From the NCBI GenBank assembly GCA_001940895.1, contig MSGY01000011.1, forward strand, positions 78,942-142,941: a DNA stretch of 64,000 nt. The letters are read 5' to 3'. The notes under the pieces are model-generated. The model was not told the DNA's origin, did no database searches, and was given only the letters and a program-made list of their open reading frames with translations. Source of the DNA: Christensenellaceae bacterium Phil10. Its GTDB lineage: Bacteria > Bacillota > Clostridia > Christensenellales > CAG-917. Below are positions 38,545 through 47,304 of this stretch, in pieces. The first letter of the stretch is position 1. Each line of letters starts with the position of its first letter. A program made the translations under genes and the position numbers.

Positions 38545-39456
38545 TTAAAGTCTGAGAATGCTTTTATCCGTTTCCGAATCGGTCAGAAGATATTTCACGG
38601 TTTTTCCGGCGGTGTATTTCGCAACCTGCACTTCGCGTCCGATGTAGCGTCTGTCTATAAGTCTGTTTGCGCTTCCCTCCTCAAGAGTAACGGTCTCGTC
38701 GTCGCAACGCACTATCAGTCTTCCCTGATATTCGCGCAGGACGGTCGGACGGAAAACCGCGTTTCCCCTTGACATAATCTCCGCCACTTTGTTGGAAAGA
38801 GGCTTTTCGAGAAGTTCTTCGTACGTGCCGTACTGCTCGATTACGCCGCCGTACAATACGACGATTTTATCTCCCATAGCCTGCGCTTCGTCAATATCGG
38901 AAGTCGCGAATATTTTCATTCCTTCGAGATTTAGCGAGATTTCTTTCAATTTTGACAAAAAACCGCTCTTTTCGTCTTTATTCAAAGCGCGAAGAACGTC
39001 GTCGAAAAGATATAAGTCGCGTTTTACCAGTCCGAGTCTCGCAACTGCAATGTACGGCTTCACGTTATCTTTGACGTTTTTTGCCCGCATATCCGCGTAT
39101 TTCCGCAATCCGAATTCGTCGATGGCTTTTTCCGCGGGAGCAGTATCCGCACCGCGCACGTAAAGAGGATAGCAGACGTTTTCGCGCACTGTTTTCCTTT
39201 TTAAAATACAATAATCTTCGAGGATTGCCTGAACTCGCGCTCCCTGCGGTTTTTTTGAAAGAGAAACGCCGTCGAGTACAAACTCGCCCGAATATCCGAC
39301 AAGTCCCGCAATCGCGTTTATAAGCGTCGTTTTTCCGTCTTTTTCGCCGCCGACGACAGCAAGGCAGTCGCCCTCGAAATCGAGGTCGAACCCCCTTAAC
39401 GCGCGAGAACCTCCGCGATATGCAACCGAAACGTTTTTTGCGGAAAATACGTGCAT
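38545..39456 (-). CDS. MalK/UgpC-like ABC ATPase homologue with degenerate catalytic motifs (probable pseudo-ATPase)
   Basis: 303 aa with a strong RBS (GGAGG). Walker A is kept (GGEKDGKTT). The Q-loop Q, LSGGQ signature (NVKDNVK), Walker-B Glu (LYLFDDV) and H-loop His (FATSD) are all replaced. It has a C-terminal regulatory-type beta domain. Confidence 0.65.
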   Translation of the reverse strand: MHVFSAKNVSVAYRGGSRALRGFDLDFEGDCLAVVGGEKDGKTTLINAIAGLVGYSGEFVLDGVSLSKKPQGARVQAILEDYCILKRKTVRENVCYPLYVRGADTAPAEKAIDEFGLRKYADMRAKNVKDNVKPYIAVARLGLVKRDLYLFDDVLRALNKDEKSGFLSKLKEISLNLEGMKIFATSDIDEAQAMGDKIVVLYGGVIEQYGTYEELLEKPLSNKVAEIMSRGNAVFRPTVLREYQGRLIVRCDDETVTLEEGSANRLIDRRYIGREVQVAKYTAGKTVKYLLTDSETDKSILRL

Positions 39457-39508
39457 GTTTATCCTCCGTAATTCTGAAAACCTGACAGATAAATTTCCAA
39501 TCGCAAAT

Positions 39509-39922
39509 TCATCGTCCGGTTTTGTCGAGATATGCCTGCAGAATTATGCATGCGGCAACGGCGTCTATGACTTTTTTGCGTTTTTTACGGCTCATATCCG
39601 CTTCGAGCAACGCTCTTTCTGCGCTGACCGTAGACAGTCTTTCATCCTGAAAAACCACGGGAATACCGCTGAAATCGTGCAATTTTGCGGCAAATTCGCG
39701 CGTGAGTTCGGCTCTTTTGCCCTCTGTGCCGTCCATATTAACGGGCAACCCGACAACAAAAGCGTCGGCGTTTTCCGATACGGCAAGGTCTGTAAAGTAT
39801 TTTATGTCGACATCGTCGTTGACTCTTCTGTAACTCTCGCGACCGTTCGCGCAGATTCCGAGCATGTCGGATACGGCTATTCCTATTCTGACGTCTCCGA
39901 CGTCAAGTCCTATTTTTTTCAT
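39509..39922 (-). CDS. ruvX: Holliday junction resolvase-like / pre-16S rRNA nuclease RuvX (YqgF)
   Basis: 137 aa. IGLDVGDVRIGIAVSD...VVGLP.NMDGTEG...DERLST. Confidence 0.88.
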   Translation of the reverse strand: MKKIGLDVGDVRIGIAVSDMLGICANGRESYRRVNDDVDIKYFTDLAVSENADAFVVGLPVNMDGTEGKRAELTREFAAKLHDFSGIPVVFQDERLSTVSAERALLEADMSRKKRKKVIDAVAACIILQAYLDKTGR

Positions 39923-39930
39923 ATAAACTC

Positions 39931-41622
39931 CTATATCGCTATTCTTTCAAACAGCTCTTCCGCTTTTTTGTTCAGAACGACTGTAAAAACCGCCGCAAGC
40001 ACGGCGCCGATTGCAGCTACTCCCGTCCAGAAACCGGCAACAGCCGCGCCGAAATTGAGAGCGGCTTCGTATTTTACTATTATCTGCGCGGCAAACATAT
40101 ACACCATGCCCAGCCCCATTGCGTAAAACATAGGCACGACGGGATATAAGTTGCGTTTAATCACTTCATAAGGACTTGTCCAGTTAATGTTCGGCTTTTT
40201 CAGGTCGCGATAAATGCAAAGCACGTTAAACGCGTAGGCGTATATCGCAAGAACGACCGCAGTCGGCAGAACGTTTACGACGTCGCCGCGGGACACCGCA
40301 AGACCCGTTATCGTCACGAGTACGATACCCGCAAAAGACACCGCGTTTGCAAGCGCGGTTTTCGCTTTAAGCACGTCTTTCAGTTTTACCGGAAGATATC
40401 TGAGCATATAAAATGCTCCGCCCTCTCTCGAAAACGCAAGCGCGGCGGTATAATTCGTGCCGCATAAAAGCATAAGACAATAAAACAGCGTCATACCCGC
40501 GTTAACGAAATTCGACGCGGCGCTTCCCGACAAAGCCGAAACTCCCGAATTGATTACGTTCATTATTATCACTATTACGGGAGTGATTATGCTGCCCATA
40601 ATACTGTTGAAAGCGAAACTCTGATTCCTGAAAAGACATTTCGCCTCGCGGACGAACAACGCCTTTTTCAATCCCGAAACGGGTTTTGCGGTTCCTTCGG
40701 GCGATTTGCTTTTTTTCCTCGTCTCTTCCTCGCCAGCTGTCATCGACTTTTTATATAGCAAAGCGGAAAGCATAACCGTAACGCCTACCGCCCCCGCGAC
40801 CGTTGCGATATAAATCAGCGCGTTGACGAAAAACCTCGTTCCCGTAAGCGCGAGCGCGAAATACCTGTTGAAAAACACCGCTTTGTCGAAACCGCTTATC
40901 GTTTTTGCCAGCGCGGGAGGCAACGCCGTGACCGAACCGTCGACAAAACGTCCGATTTTGTCGGCAAGAAGAACGTACACCGCAAAGAAGGCGACGAATA
41001 AAAGTATATTCATAATCAGCGTCGTTACCGATTTGTTTTTAAAATACGCGACTATGCGTATCAGCGGAAAAGACAGCACGGAAACGATTGCGAGAGGTAT
41101 TATCGGCGTGGTTATCAGAACGACGGGAATCATAAAATAGAAATACATGGGAAAAGTCGCGCCCGCATTGACGCAACCTGCCGCATACGCAATAATCGCA
41201 GGCAGCATAAATACAGTGCAAATAGCCAGTTCGTTCAGATATATAACCGTAAGTTTTACCGAAAACACCGTCTGCGGTCTTACCGGCAAAGAGGACAGAA
41301 ATTCATTATCCTTCGAAAAATACGTGTTTGACAACACGCCCGTAACGCCGAAAAGCATAACCATTATCTGAACGCCCGAAATTATAGTCGACAGCAATTT
41401 GACGTGCATATTGTCGAAAACGGATATGCCGGATATAACGTATACGACGGCGGAAAGAAAGAAAACCATAACGCCGACGCCGAGAATCATCATAACGGCG
41501 CCGAAAACCGTTGCGGCTTTTTTCTTTGCGTCTTTGCCGTTTTTATCGCTTATAAATCTGCTTTTCAGCGACCTGAAATTATTCAGAAGTACGGTTTTTA
41601 AAAGTTTAAAATATAATTTCAT
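39931..41622 (-). CDS. Large polytopic permease of a putative ABC exporter
   Basis: Trimmed to ATG 41622 (MKLYFKLLKTVLLNNF...), because the longest ORF overlaps the upstream ATPase. About 563 aa with more than 10 predicted TM helices. The RBS is weak, so the start is uncertain. Confidence 0.6.
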   Translation of the reverse strand: MKLYFKLLKTVLLNNFRSLKSRFISDKNGKDAKKKAATVFGAVMMILGVGVMVFFLSAVVYVISGISVFDNMHVKLLSTIISGVQIMVMLFGVTGVLSNTYFSKDNEFLSSLPVRPQTVFSVKLTVIYLNELAICTVFMLPAIIAYAAGCVNAGATFPMYFYFMIPVVLITTPIIPLAIVSVLSFPLIRIVAYFKNKSVTTLIMNILLFVAFFAVYVLLADKIGRFVDGSVTALPPALAKTISGFDKAVFFNRYFALALTGTRFFVNALIYIATVAGAVGVTVMLSALLYKKSMTAGEEETRKKSKSPEGTAKPVSGLKKALFVREAKCLFRNQSFAFNSIMGSIITPVIVIIMNVINSGVSALSGSAASNFVNAGMTLFYCLMLLCGTNYTAALAFSREGGAFYMLRYLPVKLKDVLKAKTALANAVSFAGIVLVTITGLAVSRGDVVNVLPTAVVLAIYAYAFNVLCIYRDLKKPNINWTSPYEVIKRNLYPVVPMFYAMGLGMVYMFAAQIIVKYEAALNFGAAVAGFWTGVAAIGAVLAAVFTVVLNKKAEELFERIAI

Positions 41623-41650
41623 CGTTTTTTTTTGCCGAAACGGCGATTTT

Positions 41651-42400
41651 TTACTCGGAAACCGTGTTTTCTTTTTCGTCTTTCTGCGTGACCGAAAGAA
41701 AATAACTTTCAAGCGAAGCGTCGCCGCTTGAACGCAATTCGTCTATAGTGCCCTGCGCTATGAGACGGCCTTTATCGATAATTCCCACCCTGTCGCAGAT
41801 TTTCTCGACGACGTCGAGCACGTGCGAACTGAAAAACACGGTGCCGCCCTCCTTGCAGTGTTCGCGCATGAGTTCTTTAAGCTGAAACGCGCTCTGCGGG
41901 TCGAGGCCCGTCATGGGCTCGTCCAGAATAAAGAGTTTGGGATTGTGAATTATCGCGCCTATAACGTTGATTTTCTGCTGCATACCGTGCGAGTAGGATT
42001 TTATGGGAGAATTAAAAACGTCGCGCATATTAAAAATATCCAGATACTTTTCAATGCGCGCTTTATAACCGTCGGCGTCGGAAACGCCGTAAACCGAAGC
42101 CATAAAACCGACGTATTCCGCCCCCGTAAGTCTGTCGTATATCACGTGACTGTCCGACACGTATCCGATACTTCTTTTTGCCTCGAGAGGCTGTTTTCCG
42201 ACGTCGTAGCCGTTGACTTCGATATTACCCGAATCGAATCCGATGATTCCCGTAACGCATTTTATCGTCGTCGATTTTCCTGCGCCGTTAGGACCTATGA
42301 AACCGAATATTTCTCCGTCGTTTATTTCGAGCGTAAGGTTATCCACGGCCTTTACGTCGCTTCTTCCGTACGATTTGGTAAGTCCGTTAATTTTAAGCAC
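41651..42400 (-). CDS. ABC transporter ATP-binding protein (ABC-2 type)
   Basis: 249 aa. GTG start lies 6 nt after GGAGG. Walker A GPNGAGKST, signature-like YSHGMQQK, Walker B LFILDEP, H-loop SSHV. Confidence 0.88.
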   Translation of the reverse strand: MLKINGLTKSYGRSDVKAVDNLTLEINDGEIFGFIGPNGAGKSTTIKCVTGIIGFDSGNIEVNGYDVGKQPLEAKRSIGYVSDSHVIYDRLTGAEYVGFMASVYGVSDADGYKARIEKYLDIFNMRDVFNSPIKSYSHGMQQKINVIGAIIHNPKLFILDEPMTGLDPQSAFQLKELMREHCKEGGTVFFSSHVLDVVEKICDRVGIIDKGRLIAQGTIDELRSSGDASLESYFLSVTQKDEKENTVSE

Positions 42401-42457
42401 TTTTAACCTCCGTGAGTCGCTTAGTATATGTTAACATTTGCGCGCGAAGGTGTCAAG

Positions 42458-43525
42458 TCAGCGCGAAAGGTCAAGCACCAGTCTCCCGTCCGGCGTAGGA
42501 GTTGCGCTTGAGAGAATCATTTCCTTTATTCTTCGCGGCGATGCGGACGGATATTTTTCCGTCAGCAGACAACATGCGCCCGCTATATAAGGCGCGGACA
42601 CCGAAGTACCGCTCATTTTTTTGTACGTAGAATTCGCCGATACCGATATTACGTCCACCCCGAGCGCGTATATTTCGGGTTTTCTGCGCCCCATAACGAA
42701 TCCTCTCGACGTAAAATCGGCAACCTTACCGTTTTCGTCGACCGCTCCTACGCTTATGACGTCGGGACTAGTTGCGGGCGTTTTTATCGCGCCGCGCCCT
42801 TCGTTCCCTGACGCCGCCACCACGGATATTCCGTTTTTTACCAGAATTTCGGCGCCGCGCCTTAACGGGTCGTTTGCGTCGGTGGGATTTGCGCCGAAAC
42901 TCATACAGCATACTTTTACTCCCGTTTCTTTCCGGGTGTCGAGAATCCATTGCATTCCGTCGAGAACGTCAAACGCGCCTCCCTCTCCGTCGGAGCCGAT
43001 TGCTTTGACGGCCACCACTTTCGAATCGCGCGCCACGCCGGCGTATTTGCCTCCCGAGGTAAGCCCGTTCCCGCACGCGACCCCCGCAACGAACGTTCCG
43101 TGTCCGTTATCGTCGTAAAAGTCGTCTTTTCCGCCAATTAAATCTTTAAAACGGAAAAGTCTGTTTATCGGGGTGCAGAAATCGAGATGAGGGGACACTC
43201 CCGTGTCGATTACCGCAAGCGACACCCCCTTACCCGTCAGCGACGTATTGACGTAAACGGGAGGTCCTATTCCGCGCGATACGCTCTCCGCGGCGAAAAC
43301 GCGGGCGCACGAAGTAACGTACCTGACGGCGGGATATCTTGCGAGACGTTCGAGTTCCGACGCGTTCGTTTCAATTCCCACGGCGTTGATAAAAGGATAT
43401 TCCCTTACAATTTCAAACCCGTCGGGAGCGCTTTTTGCGGATAAATATACGATTATCCTGATTTTTTCGTCCGAAAGAGTATTTACTGCATAAGTAAGCG
43501 ATTTCGAAATTTTATTCCCCCACAT
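42458..43525 (-). CDS. S8 family subtilisin-like serine peptidase with I9-like propeptide, no signal peptide
   Basis: 355 aa. Catalytic triad motifs AVIDTGV (D), HGTFVAG (H) and SGTSVSAPYIAG (S). The N-terminus (MWGNKISKSLTYAV...) lacks a hydrophobic signal sequence. Confidence 0.85.
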   Translation of the reverse strand: MWGNKISKSLTYAVNTLSDEKIRIIVYLSAKSAPDGFEIVREYPFINAVGIETNASELERLARYPAVRYVTSCARVFAAESVSRGIGPPVYVNTSLTGKGVSLAVIDTGVSPHLDFCTPINRLFRFKDLIGGKDDFYDDNGHGTFVAGVACGNGLTSGGKYAGVARDSKVVAVKAIGSDGEGGAFDVLDGMQWILDTRKETGVKVCCMSFGANPTDANDPLRRGAEILVKNGISVVAASGNEGRGAIKTPATSPDVISVGAVDENGKVADFTSRGFVMGRRKPEIYALGVDVISVSANSTYKKMSGTSVSAPYIAGACCLLTEKYPSASPRRIKEMILSSATPTPDGRLVLDLSR

Positions 43526-43814
43526 CGATAACGCTGATAATCTCTTTTAATTTTTTCAGTTGATTTTTATCGAGCATCGGCGCAACGGTATCGTAAAAGT
43601 TTTTAAGTCGTTCGCCGTCGAGCCTGCCCTCCCTTCTTGCCTTGTCGGCTTCTTTCATAATTTCGTCCATAAGTTCTTTCTGCGATTTTCCCCTCATCCT
43701 TTTTACGGTATCGTCGTACGTTCTTCTGACTTCTTCCTCGCCGAACCGACGGTCGTTACCGGTGTTTTTCGTTTTTTCGTTTTTCTTGTTTTCCGAATAC
43801 TGTCTGAAATCCAT
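43512..43814 (-). CDS. Hypothetical highly charged helical protein (100 aa)
   Basis: ATG lies 5 nt after GGAGGGG. The stop overlaps the S8 peptidase start by 14 nt. I recognise no family. Confidence 0.55.
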   Translation of the reverse strand: MDFRQYSENKKNEKTKNTGNDRRFGEEEVRRTYDDTVKRMRGKSQKELMDEIMKEADKARREGRLDGERLKNFYDTVAPMLDKNQLKKLKEIISVIDVGE

Positions 43815-43873
43815 AAACCCCTCCGCACTATTTCAATTTATGCGACATATATATTAAACGTGACGGAGGAATT

Positions 43874-44185
43874 ATGAATATAAATCCCATGATGATGCTG
43901 CCGCTGCTTCTGAACAAAAACGGAAACGGAGAAAGCAACGACGATATGACAAAAATGCTTTCGGTAATAAGCGCTATGAAAAACGGCGACGGCACCGACG
44001 CTGTTATGAATATGCTTCCCGTCGACGAAAAAACCCGGGCAATGATAAATATGTTCAAAGATATTAACGCGCCTCCGTCCGAAAACGTCGCGACGAACTG
44101 CGAAAAAAAAGAATTCCGTCCTTCGTTTGCGGGAGAAAACATCAACGCCGCCCTGAACAGACTTATAAATAAAAGCGGAAAGTAA
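43874..44185 (+). CDS. Hypothetical Met-rich protein (103 aa)
   Basis: ATG lies 5 nt after GGAGG. The antisense 105-aa ORF has no RBS. The protein has about 12 Met and an internal KNG(N/D)G... repeat. I recognise no family. Confidence 0.5.
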   Translation: MNINPMMMLPLLLNKNGNGESNDDMTKMLSVISAMKNGDGTDAVMNMLPVDEKTRAMINMFKDINAPPSENVATNCEKKEFRPSFAGENINAALNRLINKSGK

Positions 44186-44279
44186 TACTTTAATTATTTA
44201 CATATTACGACATTTTTCGACAATCGCTTGACTTTTTACCCCCGTCGTTGCAATATTTTTATTGTTTTGCGAGGACATA

Positions 44280-44480
44280 ATGTACAAGCGATTTTCGAAA
44301 AATCTGCGCATTGCGCGAAAACTCAGAAGAGTAACGCAGGCCGAACTTGCGGCTGCGGTGGGCGTAAGCAGAAACACCGTAAGTTCGTGGGAAAACGGCG
44401 TTACCGAACCGAATTTAACCGCTTTGAAAACCATCTCGGATTATCTGGACGTTTCCCTCGACGACCTCTTCGGACGTTAA
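44280..44480 (+). CDS. XRE family helix-turn-helix transcriptional regulator (66 aa)
   Basis: Trimmed to ATG 44280, with GAGGA upstream. LRIARKLRRVTQAELAAAVGVSRNTVSSWENG is a canonical HTH_3 motif. Confidence 0.8.
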   Translation: MYKRFSKNLRIARKLRRVTQAELAAAVGVSRNTVSSWENGVTEPNLTALKTISDYLDVSLDDLFGR

Positions 44481-44749
44481 ACGGGACGCACGTATTTTCT
44501 TCCCCCGTCGTTGACTGCCTCGAAAATTCCTATAAAAGAAGAAAAAGAGTATCTTTCGGTAAGTGCCGTTACCGAATTTTTCTGTCTTTCCGAAAACCTT
44601 ACCGAAAGACCGCACCCCGCTTCCGCCTCTTTCGGCGTATTGATGACCGCGGCCTGAATGCGGCGGCTTTTCATGATTTCGTAAAATTTTATCGTATGCT
44701 CCCGACTTCTGAAGGCAATAAAAAGATATTTTTCCATAACGTCCTCCAT
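44477..44749 (-). CDS. DUF3343 (putative Se/S carrier-like) protein
   Basis: 90 aa. The hallmark CGLSVRF follows a beta-alpha unit (FRSREHTIKFYEIMK). Adjacent to a class-V aminotransferase, as is typical for this family. Confidence 0.65.
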   Translation of the reverse strand: MEDVMEKYLFIAFRSREHTIKFYEIMKSRRIQAAVINTPKEAEAGCGLSVRFSERQKNSVTALTERYSFSSFIGIFEAVNDGGRKYVRPV

Positions 44750-44835
44750 ATTATGTATCGAAGGGAGTTTCTTTTTATGCCCTGTTAACAGTATATTCGG
44801 CGTAAAAATTTAAGGAACCTGCCACGGGGAGGAAA

Positions 44836-45966
44836 ATGATATATTTCGATAATTCGGCAACATCGCGTTTTAAACCCAGACAGACTTTAAAAGCAATCAG
44901 ACGGGAACTTCTGCACAGCGCGAACGGCGGCAGAAGCGGACACAACGACGCCGTCGCGACGGCGATGAAAATTTCCGATACCCGCACGCTTTTATGCGAT
45001 TATTTCAACGCGAACGAAGTAATTTTTACCAAAAACTGCACCGAAGCGCTGAATATCGTCGTTCACGGCATACTGAAACGCGGAGACCACGTTATAACCA
45101 CGGTAACCGAACACAACAGCACGCTCAGGCCTCTTTACAATCTGCAAAAAAACGGAATTATCGAATTATCGGTGATAAATCCCGATAAAAACCTGAAAAT
45201 AAACCCGTCCCACGTAAGAAGAATGATAAAAAACAATACCGCCCTGATTGCTCTTAACGCCGTTTCCAACGTTACGGGCGTGGAAAACGACGTCGGTAAA
45301 ATCGGCGCGATTGCGGCGGAATTCAGAATCCCCTTTCTCGTCGACGCGGCGCAGGCCGTTCCTCACGTTTCTTTCGATATGAAAAAACAGGGAATATCAT
45401 ATATTGCGTGCGCCGGGCATAAGGGTCTTCACGGACCGCAGGGAACGGGCTTTCTCGCTTTAAACAGACTTGCCGAAATAACTCCGCTTATATACGGGGG
45501 TACGGGTACGAATTCGGACAGCGTTTATCAGCCTCACAACCTTCCCGAATCGCTGGAAGCGGGCACGCTTAACGCACCCGGGATAATAGGCCTCGGGGAA
45601 AGCGTAAGATGGACTATTGAAAACCTCGATAAAATAACGTCTAAAATCAAAAGACTGAACGACAGAATAATGTTCGCTCTGAAAACGATGAAAAACGTCG
45701 AAGTCTACACACCCGTCGGAACGGATACGGGCGTTATATCCTTCAATATAAAAAATCTCGACAGTGCGGAAACGAGCGATATTCTCAATAAAAAATACGA
45801 TATCGCGGTGCGTTCGGGATTGCACTGCGCGCCTCTGATGCACAACTTTCTCGGCACTCTCGAAAAGGGCGCCGTACGCATCAGTATAGGATACAACAAT
45901 ACCGACGCCGACGCCGAAAAACTGATTGAGGCCGTAAGGGATATTGCCGAATACGGCGTAAGATGA
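44836..45966 (+). CDS. Class V aminotransferase / cysteine desulfurase family protein
   Basis: 376 aa. PLP-lysine motif ACAGHKGLHGPQGTG. C-terminal SGLHCAPL motif with a conserved Cys. Confidence 0.85.
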   Translation: MIYFDNSATSRFKPRQTLKAIRRELLHSANGGRSGHNDAVATAMKISDTRTLLCDYFNANEVIFTKNCTEALNIVVHGILKRGDHVITTVTEHNSTLRPLYNLQKNGIIELSVINPDKNLKINPSHVRRMIKNNTALIALNAVSNVTGVENDVGKIGAIAAEFRIPFLVDAAQAVPHVSFDMKKQGISYIACAGHKGLHGPQGTGFLALNRLAEITPLIYGGTGTNSDSVYQPHNLPESLEAGTLNAPGIIGLGESVRWTIENLDKITSKIKRLNDRIMFALKTMKNVEVYTPVGTDTGVISFNIKNLDSAETSDILNKKYDIAVRSGLHCAPLMHNFLGTLEKGAVRISIGYNNTDADAEKLIEAVRDIAEYGVR

Positions 45967-47262
45967 TTATTTGATTTTACCGAGTCGTTTCCGTCGCTCG
46001 CGCACGGTTTTTTCATAGCCGTGCTCCGACGGAACGTAAAACTTTTCGTCCTTTAACGAATCGGGAAGATATTGCTGTTCGACGTAGCCGCCGTAGTCGT
46101 GCGGATACTTATAGCCGCTTATTTTATCCTGCTTGTAGTTGACGTCGCGCAGGTACACGGGAACGGCTTCGTTTTTTACCGCCCTCACCGCTTCCTCCGC
46201 TTTGTCCTTCGCGATGACGACGCTGTTGGACTTTTCGCTTTCGCAGACGCATATTATCGCTTCGGCAAGAGGCAGTTTACCCTCGGGCATTCCTATCTTT
46301 TCATAAGCGACGAGCGCGTTGGTCGCAACGACAAGCGCGTCCGGATTCGCCATTCCGACATCCTCGGCGGAGTGCGCTATCGTGCGTCTGAAAATAATAA
46401 GAGGGTCGCAACCGGCGTCGATAAGGCGCATTGCCCAGTATAACGCGGCGTCGCTGTCGCTTCCTCTGAGCGATTTGCAAAAGGCCGACAACATATCGTA
46501 ATAATCGTCCTCGTTTACCGAAAGAACTCTTTTCTGAATACTTTGTGCGGCGATTTCTTTATTTATGCGGATAACTCCGTCTTTATCGGGCGCGGTCGTT
46601 ACCGCGGCGAGTTCAAGCGCGTTGAGCGCCGTCCTCAAATCGCCCGAAGCGGCCAGCGCGAGATATCCGAGCGCGTCGTCGTCCGCCGAAACGTTCATAT
46701 CGAGAAGTCCGCGTTTATCGTTAAGAGCCCTGTTGAGAGCTTTCGTAATATCGGCGTCGGTAAGAGGTCTGAATTCGAAAAGTCTGCATCTCGATACTAT
46801 CGCCTTCGTCATGGAAACGTACGGATTCTCCGTCGTACTGCCGATAAAAACTATATATCCCTGTTCGATGGCGGCAAGCACGCTGTCGGACTGAGCCTTG
46901 TTCCAGCGGTGACATTCGTCCAAAAGCAGATAGGTTTTTTTGCCGTACATCAGAAGTCGGTTTTTCGCTTCCTCGATTACTCTTTTTGCGTCGGCAACGC
47001 CGCTTGAAACGGCGTTCAGTATTTCGAAGTGGCTGTTTGTGTTTTTTGCGATAATATTTGCAAGCGTAGTCTTACCTGTACCCGGAGGTCCGTAAAATAT
47101 GCAACTTCCGAGTCTGTCTGCGGAAATTGCGCGCCTTAAAAGCGAGCCTTCTCCCACGATATGACTCTGTCCGATAAACTCGTTGAGAGCAGCCGGCCGC
47201 ATTCTCTCCGCAAGAGGTTTCAATGCGTCGTTGTTTTGGTTTGCGTAATCGAATAAATCCAT
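45967..47262 (-). CDS. rarA: Replication-associated recombination protein A (AAA+ ATPase)
   Basis: Trimmed to ATG 47262 (MDLFDYANQNN...PLAERMRP). Walker A GPPGTGKTT, Walker B LLDECHR, C-terminal MgsA domain. Confidence 0.9.
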   Translation of the reverse strand: MDLFDYANQNNDALKPLAERMRPAALNEFIGQSHIVGEGSLLRRAISADRLGSCIFYGPPGTGKTTLANIIAKNTNSHFEILNAVSSGVADAKRVIEEAKNRLLMYGKKTYLLLDECHRWNKAQSDSVLAAIEQGYIVFIGSTTENPYVSMTKAIVSRCRLFEFRPLTDADITKALNRALNDKRGLLDMNVSADDDALGYLALAASGDLRTALNALELAAVTTAPDKDGVIRINKEIAAQSIQKRVLSVNEDDYYDMLSAFCKSLRGSDSDAALYWAMRLIDAGCDPLIIFRRTIAHSAEDVGMANPDALVVATNALVAYEKIGMPEGKLPLAEAIICVCESEKSNSVVIAKDKAEEAVRAVKNEAVPVYLRDVNYKQDKISGYKYPHDYGGYVEQQYLPDSLKDEKFYVPSEHGYEKTVRERRKRLGKIK

Positions 47263-47304
47263 ACTTCGGATTTTATCACAACGAAACGCGAAATGCAAAC
47301 CGTT

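Noticed and set aside
43828-44145. 105-aa minus-strand ORF
   Set aside because: It is antisense to the 103-aa plus-strand ORF, which has GGAGG 5 nt before its ATG. The minus ORF has no RBS and Ser/Phe/Ile-rich shadow composition.
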